Of a stretch of 24,726 bases of DNA, positions 18,580 to 24,726 are shown in pieces. Below the pieces are notes generated by a model. The model had not been told where the DNA came from and made no database searches. It worked only from the letters and a program-made list of their open reading frames with translations. The number at the start of each line of letters is the position of its first letter. The stretch's first letter is position 1. This DNA is from Candidatus Woesearchaeota archaeon (GTDB lineage: Archaea > Nanobdellota > Nanobdellia > Woesearchaeales > SKGA01), in assembly GCA_016926395.1 (NCBI GenBank), contig JAFGOT010000020.1, positions 1 through 24,726 of the forward strand, written 5' to 3'. The position numbers and the translations under genes are program-made.

Positions 18580-20058
18580 CTAAACCATCCTCTTCAGCTC
18601 TTCCAGCTCTTTCTTTATCTCATCTTCTGCTTTCATCACTCTTTCAATTATGTCTTTTGGATCATCATATTCGATGTCTTCGTGAGCTAACTCCCTATAA
18701 CGAGAAATTGATAAAATGTAATCATTCTCTTTAATTTCAGTGAATGGGACAACTATTGATTTTTCTCCGACTTTTTTCAAAGAATATGATTCAATAATGT
18801 CTGGAATGTCTCCTTTTCCATCAATGAAATCTCTTTTATCATCTAACGAGAAACCATCTGCAGTCATTTCATAGAACCAAACATTATCTGTTGTTCCACC
18901 TTTACTAAATATCAAAATAGAAGTTGCAACCCCTGAATATGGTTTAAACACTCCTGAAGGCATTGAAATGACTCCTTCCAATGAACATTTTTCCATCAAT
19001 AACTTTCGAACATCTTTGTGGGCATTTGAAGAACCAAACAATACGCCGTTTGGAACAATAACTGCACATCGTCCACCAATCTCAAGCAAATTATAGATTA
19101 ATTCTAAGAACAACAATTCTGTTTTTGTTGTCTTAACCATGAATTCATCATTAATGTCTGATTTATCTATCGAACCAGTAAACGGGGGATTAGCTAAGAT
19201 AACATCATAATCTGATTTAATGTCAAATGATTTAGATAAAGTATCTTTTCGTACAATATTAGGTTTCTCTAAACCATGTAACAACATATTCATTGAGGCA
19301 ATTCTTGCCATAGTTCCATCAAAATCAAAACCAAAAAAGGATTTGCTTTTCAGAAATTCCCAATGTTCCTTTCCAACAATCTTATCTCCTATTAGATTAT
19401 ATGGAACCCCTTGATCATCGTGTTTAATCATTTCTTTAGAGGTGTTTTTCAAAAGGACATGTTGATATGAATTGACTAAAAAACCGCCTGTTCCACACGC
19501 AGGGTCTAATACTCGCTCTCCCAATTTTGGATCAATGATATCAACCATCATTCGGATAATATGTCTTGGTGTTCGAAATTGACCTGCACGTCCTGCTTGA
19601 TTTAACTCCGATAATAAAAATTCATAAATGTCTCCTTGCGTATCTTGGTTTTGAGCAGTAATGTTTAACTCATCAATAATAGAAATTGCATCTTGCAAAA
19701 GAGATGGTTTTGGTATCATAAATACAGCATCTTTCATTTGCTCTGTAAATGAATCATCTCCTCGTTTTATGCCTTTAAAGAAAGGAAATACAACATCTCG
19801 AACATGAACTAATAAATCTTCAGCATTAAAGTGTTTGAAGTGTGACCATTTGCAATCGTCATGATCTTTAAAGATAGAGTTATATTCTTCTCCTTTTGCT
19901 TGTGCTCTTTTCATATGAAGATTATCCAAATCTTCAAGTCGTTTCATAAAAATCAAGTAAGATACTTGTTCTATTGCCGTAAGTGGGTTTGCAAGTCCTC
20001 CTGCCCAAAATCTATCCCATAATTTGTTTATTTTTGATTTAAGTTCTGCGGTTAACAT
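18580..20058 (-). CDS. hsdM: Type I R-M N6-adenine methyltransferase subunit
   Basis: GQFRTPRHII..MV, DPACGTGGFL (motif I), ANPPF (motif IV). N-terminus LKSKINKLWDRFWAGG..NPL..IEQ..YL.F.KRL is typical of EcoAI/EcoEI-like HsdM. Confidence 0.97.
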   Translation of the reverse strand: MLTAELKSKINKLWDRFWAGGLANPLTAIEQVSYLIFMKRLEDLDNLHMKRAQAKGEEYNSIFKDHDDCKWSHFKHFNAEDLLVHVRDVVFPFFKGIKRGDDSFTEQMKDAVFMIPKPSLLQDAISIIDELNITAQNQDTQGDIYEFLLSELNQAGRAGQFRTPRHIIRMMVDIIDPKLGERVLDPACGTGGFLVNSYQHVLLKNTSKEMIKHDDQGVPYNLIGDKIVGKEHWEFLKSKSFFGFDFDGTMARIASMNMLLHGLEKPNIVRKDTLSKSFDIKSDYDVILANPPFTGSIDKSDINDEFMVKTTKTELLFLELIYNLLEIGGRCAVIVPNGVLFGSSNAHKDVRKLLMEKCSLEGVISMPSGVFKPYSGVATSILIFSKGGTTDNVWFYEMTADGFSLDDKRDFIDGKGDIPDIIESYSLKKVGEKSIVVPFTEIKENDYILSISRYRELAHEDIEYDDPKDIIERVMKAEDEIKKELEELKRMV

Positions 20059-20059
20059 T

Positions 20060-20929
20060 TTATTTTACCCCATTAAGTTTGCTTAACATATCTATAGCTT
20101 CTTTCTCAAACTTTGAGAATGCAAACCATTTTTTTCCAAGATCTTTTAATGATGCTCCAAAATGATATACTTCTTTAGAATCTATAATAAGAAATCTATC
20201 GTGAGAGTTGTTAAATTGCTTTACAAGAATCGGTTCATGTTGCGCATTGAATTTTTCAACATCTAATTTTAATTGTTTGGAAATAGTTTTTGTATATATG
20301 TGAACAGAAACGCCTTTTTTTCGTTTAGAAAAAAAAGTTAAAACACTTTCATCTACATAATTATCAATTAACACGATTTGTTTTTTTGCTTCTTTAACCA
20401 AATCACAAACAAATACATATGCATCGAATACCTGTCCATCATAAAATATGCCTTGCTTTTTCTCACTGGTTTCAAGAGCTTTGAAAACTTTCTCAAATTT
20501 ATCATCATGCTCTAATTGTTTTAACTCGACTCTGTCTAATCTTTGAAAAACAGAAGCATTTTGAGCGATAAATTTACGCATTGCAACAAAGGCATTCATT
20601 ATGTTGATACTTACTTGGATTGCTGTTTTGCTTTTTAAAACTCCTGACAACATAGAAACGCCTTGTTCTGTGAAAACATAGGGTAAATATCGCCTTCCTC
20701 CCCACTCCGAACTTGAGGTAACAATTTGTGACCTCAAGATTTCCACCTCTTTTTCAGTCAATTGAAACATGAAACTTTCAGGAAATCTCTCTGAATTTCT
20801 TTTAACAGCTTGATTTAAAGCTTTTACAGGCACATTATACAGATTTGCTATATCGCTGTCCACGATAACTTGCATTCCTCTAATAGTATGAATCCTGCGT
20901 TTTATATCTGTAACTATTAACTCATTCAT
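20060..20929 (-). CDS. ORF6N (KilA-N-like) DNA-binding domain fused to a PLD-like C-terminal domain
   Basis: IRG.QVIVDSDIA.LY.V..KALNQAVKRN.ERFP..FMFQLT..E (ORF6N); C-terminal HDRFLIID...YHFGASLKDLG. GGAGGT SD at 20937-20942 gives start ATG 20929. Confidence 0.85.
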   Translation of the reverse strand: MNELIVTDIKRRIHTIRGMQVIVDSDIANLYNVPVKALNQAVKRNSERFPESFMFQLTEKEVEILRSQIVTSSSEWGGRRYLPYVFTEQGVSMLSGVLKSKTAIQVSINIMNAFVAMRKFIAQNASVFQRLDRVELKQLEHDDKFEKVFKALETSEKKQGIFYDGQVFDAYVFVCDLVKEAKKQIVLIDNYVDESVLTFFSKRKKGVSVHIYTKTISKQLKLDVEKFNAQHEPILVKQFNNSHDRFLIIDSKEVYHFGASLKDLGKKWFAFSKFEKEAIDMLSKLNGVK

Positions 20930-20957
20930 TGGACATACCTCCAATTCCTATAATGGC

Positions 20958-21010
20958 ATCACAGTTTGTGATACCTTTTCCAAACAGGTCGATTTCGACC
21001 CCTTTATAAG
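20958..21010 (-). promoter_or_regulatory. Promoter of the ORF6N-hsdM-hsdS operon: TATA box with two operator-like palindromes
   Basis: CTTATAAA at 21003-21010 (minus); GGTCGA-TT-TCGACC at 20987-21000; ATCACA-GTT-TGTGAT at 20958-20972. Confidence 0.6.
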
Positions 21011-21013
21011 TAG

Positions 21014-21424
21014 TCATTCTTCAACCTCATAATCAAGAACATCTGTTGGAACTATTGTTTTATCTCCTAGTTTTGCCTGTTCTTTTCTTCTTTCTTCTAG
21101 TGCTTTGTCAAGTGTAACTTTCATTTTTTCTAAAAAATCAACAGAGACATTCTTGCTCAAAATATGCTTTTGACTTCCTAAATCTAATTGCCACAGAAAT
21201 TTATCTTCAGAAATAGAATATTCAAAAGAATGTTTACCAGTTGCAGGAACTCCTTTGTCTTTTCGCAGAGTTCCAGGATGAAGCATGAACTCTAACTTCT
21301 TTTCAATTAGTCCTTTAATGAGTTTATTTGGACTAATACTTTCACGCTCACAGAAGTCATTAAGTTTCATCTTAAGATCTCTTTCGAGCTTTACTGATGT
21401 TGTAGTCCATTCACTTTCTGCCAT
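21014..21424 (-). CDS. Ribbon-helix-helix (CopG/MetJ-like) domain protein with unknown C-terminal domain
   Basis: TTTSVKL (strand), ERDLKMKLNDFCERE (helix A), SPNKLIKGLIEKKL (helix B). Own TATA box TTTATAAA at 21448-21455, 23 nt before the ATG. Confidence 0.75.
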   Translation of the reverse strand: MAESEWTTTSVKLERDLKMKLNDFCERESISPNKLIKGLIEKKLEFMLHPGTLRKDKGVPATGKHSFEYSISEDKFLWQLDLGSQKHILSKNVSVDFLEKMKVTLDKALEERRKEQAKLGDKTIVPTDVLDYEVEE

Positions 21425-21469
21425 AGAAAAGAGTAAAAGCTAACTTATTTATAAATATTTCTAAAATAT

Positions 21470-21498
21470 GGTTTACAAATTAGTTTATTTTGTAAACC
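21470..21498. repeat. Perfect 10-bp inverted repeat with 9-nt spacer at the hsdR stop (terminator or operator)
   Basis: GGTTTACAAA (21470-21479) and TTTGTAAACC (21489-21498). Confidence 0.8.
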
Positions 21499-24302
21499 TA
21501 TGTTTCGGCAAATACTTCTTTTTCTAGTTTTTGACACAACCCAACTAACTCTTTTAATTCGTGTTCCTCAAACAAAGGCATAGGTGCGTTTACACCAAAA
21601 TTCGTAAAAGGCGCTTCAAAGAAATCGCCAAATTCAATATGTTTTTTCCGCACAAATACAGTTTGTAGTGTTCTTAAGAAATTAATTTGATTTGCAGAAT
21701 ACACTTCATTATGTCTTGCTATAAAATTTCTAAATTCTTCATCAATCTTTTCTTCAGGAGTCTTTAACTTTTTCACATTTAATATGTGCTTCAAGAATTC
21801 TGTTAACGTTCCTTTTTGCTCATAGATTTTTTGAAGATTCTTCTCATTGATGTAAAGGTCAGCAGAATTCAAATTTTCTTCTAATTTTTCTACATCTTCT
21901 CCATAAATAGGGCTTCCTTCTTTAATTTTCATAACGGTTGGATCGGAGGTTGCAAGGTCATAGATTTTTTCTTCAACTTGCTTTTTATAGACATCAACAT
22001 ACTCTTCTTTGCCGTCAGGAGCGAATTCAATAAGTTTTCTTTGTTGAACAACATCATCAATATCAAGAATAATCATCGGTCTTGGTTCTTTTCTTTTGTA
22101 GGGCATTAATGGAGCGAATTCTTTTTCAAGCGTAGATATATTATCATAAGTTATTTCTTGCCAATACCCTTCTGTTAATACTTTATCAAGTAAAGTTTTT
22201 TTATCTTTAACTTGTTGCAAAGTTACTGGCAAACATCTAAGCCATTCAGTGATTTTTTCCTTTGCTCTTTCAAATTGTTTTTCATCACCTTTAGCAAGAG
22301 CAAGTTTTAATTCATCACACTTCAAAACAAACGATGCAATCATCGGGTTAACATCTTGTTGATATCTCATCAAAGGCATAATGTGTTTTTTCAAGTAGTT
22401 AGAATAATCTAAACCAACACCGTTCCAGAAATTTTCTTGGTTTACTTGTTCGATGTGATGGATATTTTCTTTAATACTTATGGACTCTTTTGGAAGCTGA
22501 TTAACAGAATCAAGAATTTTCTTTTGATTTTCCTTCATTCGAGGAAGATCTTTATTTTGATCAAAATATTTTACAAGTTCGACTCTTACTTTCATAATTC
22601 GTGTAGTAACAGCATCTGTTGCACTTGCTTCCTTTCCTTTTGGATGTAAATCAAAATACTCAAAATTTCTCCAAAAGTCAAAAATAAGAAAATTTTCTTT
22701 TTTACCAAAAGGCAACCATGAACGATTTTTACAAACAGAATCATGACGAGTTCCTCTACCAACCATCTGCCAGAACTTAATTTTTGAAAAGACTGGTTTT
22801 GCAAAAACAAGGTTGCAGACCTCAGGAACATCAACTCCTGTATCAAGCATATCTACTGAAATTGCGATTCGAGGGAAACTTTCTTTTTTGAATTCTTTTA
22901 GCAAGTCATCTGCTCTGCTATCTTCTGAAGTAATAACTCGAGTTAATCGTCCTTTGTATTCAGGATATAACTTTTCAAATGCTTCCCATATTCTTTTAGC
23001 ATGTTTTTTACTTACTGCAAAAATAATTGTTTTAGCTGGAAGAGTTCCTGATTCATCAAGAAGACAGTTTTCCATAAATTCTTTAACGATTACTTCATTT
23101 GTTCCAAGAACTGCAATCTTCTTTTCAATATCTGTTCCTTCCCAATTGAGTTCTTCTTCATCCATTCCTTCTTCGAGTAATTTCTTCTTCACAGCATCTG
23201 GTAAATCTCCTTTTCCCACACCTTCCATTTGAAAATGTGTTTGCACACCAGTTACTCGATAATCGCAAAGATAGTTTTCTTCTATTGCTTTATCATATGT
23301 GTAAAGAGCAGTGGGTTTTCCATCGTTACATTCGAAGAATCTGAAAGTATCCCTATCAATCCAATCTGAAGGTGTTGCAGTAAGTCCAATTTGAATCGCA
23401 TCAAAATATGTAAAAACTTCTTTCCATTTGTTATATATTGAACGATGACATTCATCTGCTATAATTACATCAAAAGAACCTATGGAAAATTCTTGAAAAC
23501 ATTCCATAAATGTTTGAATAGTAGAAACATGAATTTTTGAGTTTTTATCAAGTTCTCCTGCATAAATTTTTGATTTTGATTCAGGAGGTATGTGTTCTTT
23601 AAATGCATCAAATGCTTGATCTCGCAAAGCTTTTCTATCTGCAAGAAATAAAATTCTTTGAGCCTTTTTTCCTCTAAGAAGCACATCAACTAAAGACATT
23701 GCAGTTCTTGTTTTCCCACAACCTGTCGCCATCACTAACAAAGATTTTCTTTTTCCACGTTCAATATTATCAACAACTCTCTTAATGGCTTCAATTTGAT
23801 AAGGCCTATTTGTAATGTCTTCTTTTATTTTTAATTCTGACAAATTTTCTTTTGCAGAATTTTGAAATCTCAGTCGTTCTAAGTCTTCTTGAGTGTGAAA
23901 TCCCATCACTTTTCTTGGAGATTCATGAGGATAATTCCAGAAAATATTTTGATAACCATTTGAAAGATAAATAAAAACATCTTTGCCCGTTTGCTTTTTT
24001 ATATCCATTGCATATTGCTCAGCTTGCTTTTGACCGATAATAGGATCTTTGGTTGTTCGCTTAGCTTCAATTATTGCAAGTGGATCTCCATTAGAATCTA
24101 GGAGAAGATAGTCAACATATTTACTTTCTTCTTCATTTTTAAGAGTTTCAGAAACATCTTTATAGATTTTTTTTGTGAAATCAGATTGTTTTGTATCGAT
24201 TTCCACTCGAACATTAAATTTATCTTTAACATTCCAACTAGCACTAAGTAATTGTACATCAATTTTTTCAAGTCTTGTTTTCCATTCAGGCAAATCTTCC
24301 AT
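21498..24302 (-). CDS. hsdR: Type I restriction endonuclease/translocase subunit (EcoAI/EcoEI-like)
   Basis: Nuclease motif VDYLL....PLAIIEAK; helicase motifs RPYQ, MATGCGKT, FLADR, DECH, GLTATP, SVDMLDTGVD, FWQMVGRGTR; EcoEI-like C-terminal region (SANQINFL..L). Confidence 0.96.
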   Translation of the reverse strand: MEDLPEWKTRLEKIDVQLLSASWNVKDKFNVRVEIDTKQSDFTKKIYKDVSETLKNEEESKYVDYLLLDSNGDPLAIIEAKRTTKDPIIGQKQAEQYAMDIKKQTGKDVFIYLSNGYQNIFWNYPHESPRKVMGFHTQEDLERLRFQNSAKENLSELKIKEDITNRPYQIEAIKRVVDNIERGKRKSLLVMATGCGKTRTAMSLVDVLLRGKKAQRILFLADRKALRDQAFDAFKEHIPPESKSKIYAGELDKNSKIHVSTIQTFMECFQEFSIGSFDVIIADECHRSIYNKWKEVFTYFDAIQIGLTATPSDWIDRDTFRFFECNDGKPTALYTYDKAIEENYLCDYRVTGVQTHFQMEGVGKGDLPDAVKKKLLEEGMDEEELNWEGTDIEKKIAVLGTNEVIVKEFMENCLLDESGTLPAKTIIFAVSKKHAKRIWEAFEKLYPEYKGRLTRVITSEDSRADDLLKEFKKESFPRIAISVDMLDTGVDVPEVCNLVFAKPVFSKIKFWQMVGRGTRHDSVCKNRSWLPFGKKENFLIFDFWRNFEYFDLHPKGKEASATDAVTTRIMKVRVELVKYFDQNKDLPRMKENQKKILDSVNQLPKESISIKENIHHIEQVNQENFWNGVGLDYSNYLKKHIMPLMRYQQDVNPMIASFVLKCDELKLALAKGDEKQFERAKEKITEWLRCLPVTLQQVKDKKTLLDKVLTEGYWQEITYDNISTLEKEFAPLMPYKRKEPRPMIILDIDDVVQQRKLIEFAPDGKEEYVDVYKKQVEEKIYDLATSDPTVMKIKEGSPIYGEDVEKLEENLNSADLYINEKNLQKIYEQKGTLTEFLKHILNVKKLKTPEEKIDEEFRNFIARHNEVYSANQINFLRTLQTVFVRKKHIEFGDFFEAPFTNFGVNAPMPLFEEHELKELVGLCQKLEKEVFAET

Positions 24303-24377
24303 CGTATCTCATTTATAAATAATTTTAAGTAAAATATAAAGTTTAAGGTTTTAAAAGCGTGTCCGTTGTCACTTTAG

Positions 24378-24471
24378 AGTTCATTACCTGAAAAATAGGG
24401 GGAGAGACCAACCAAAGTAAACACGCTAATTTTAAACATAGTGAGTCCCCTCGTTTTTTAACTAATGAACT
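24378..24471 (-). other. ~94-nt imperfect fold-back upstream of hsdR (structured leader or small RNA candidate)
   Basis: Closing stem AGTTCATTA (24378-24386) / TAATGAACT (24463-24471), with nested AAAAA/TTTTT and AGGGG/CCCCT blocks. Confidence 0.45.
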
Positions 24472-24572
24472 GAAGAGTGGTAAATTGTTGATTGATTTAT
24501 ACATGTGTCTTAATCTTTGTATAATAATATAAAGAAAGAAACTTATTTTATTATTAGTTAGATATAAGACTG

Positions 24573-24722
24573 TCATTTTTTCCTCTTTTTAGGCTTATTC
24601 CAATATGGACTCTTGCACTTAGGACAAATAACAGGATCTTCATTTACTTTAATCCTAGGAATCCATTCATGATTACATCGTTCACATCGATATCCTTTTA
24701 CTGTAATCATAATCTTAGCCAT
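24573..24722 (-). CDS. Small zinc-ribbon protein (49 aa), absent from the ORF track
   Basis: MAKIMITVKGYRCERCNHEWIPRIKVNEDPVICPKCKSPYWNKPKKRKK: two CxxC knuckles and a basic tail. The start may extend beyond the window edge. Confidence 0.85.
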   Translation of the reverse strand: MAKIMITVKGYRCERCNHEWIPRIKVNEDPVICPKCKSPYWNKPKKRKK

Positions 24723-24726
24723 AATA

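Larger units (their letters stand above)
13698..24726. mobile_element. Probable horizontally acquired defence island (no integrase or transposase visible; right end outside the window)
   Basis: radC plus Type I R-M with accessory cargo next to housekeeping genes. Codon third-position usage looks different from core genes on the same strand (by eye). Confidence 0.55.

Noticed and set aside
188-23689. Short opposite-strand or alternate-frame ORFs in the track (e.g. 188-658, 1214-1558, 5510-5818, 8065-8247, 9273-9620, 17160-17474, 22813-23232, 23480-23689)
   Set aside because: They overlap well-supported genes and have no motifs or start signals; they are shadow ORFs.
24343-24576. 77-aa ORF whose ATG overlaps the zinc-ribbon stop (ATGA)
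   Set aside because: The overlap is suggestive, but the translation has no recognisable features and runs through AT-rich promoter-like DNA and the fold-back; not supportable as a CDS.

Overview
AT-rich archaeal window, most consistent with a DPANN (Woesearchaeota-like) genome. That placement is an inference from aIF-6, prefoldin-alpha, archaeal SepF/ScpA, TATA-box promoters and the fermentative glgP-eno genes. The left half (1-13.5 kb) is housekeeping: argS, sepF, a class-C J-domain protein, a membrane-anchored coiled-coil protein, ftsY with a very long acidic N-terminus, pfdA, aIF-6, scpA, tRNA-Val(UAC) followed by an exact duplicate of its 3' end, eno, glgP and a wHTH regulator. The right half (13.7-24.7 kb) looks like an acquired defence island: radC plus an EcoAI/EcoEI-like Type I restriction-modification locus interleaved with five accessory genes. 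These are an RHH protein, an ORF6N+PLD-like protein, a HEPN-motif (RxxxxxH) protein, an unknown 226-aa protein, and a 2-TM protein with a possible Cas2/VapD-like ferredoxin-fold segment. Several exact palindromes sit on the island promoters, a ~94-nt fold-back with a hidden 21-codon ORF precedes hsdR, and a 49-aa zinc-ribbon gene missed by the ORF track ends the window. All family assignments are from motif recognition by eye; no database search was run.
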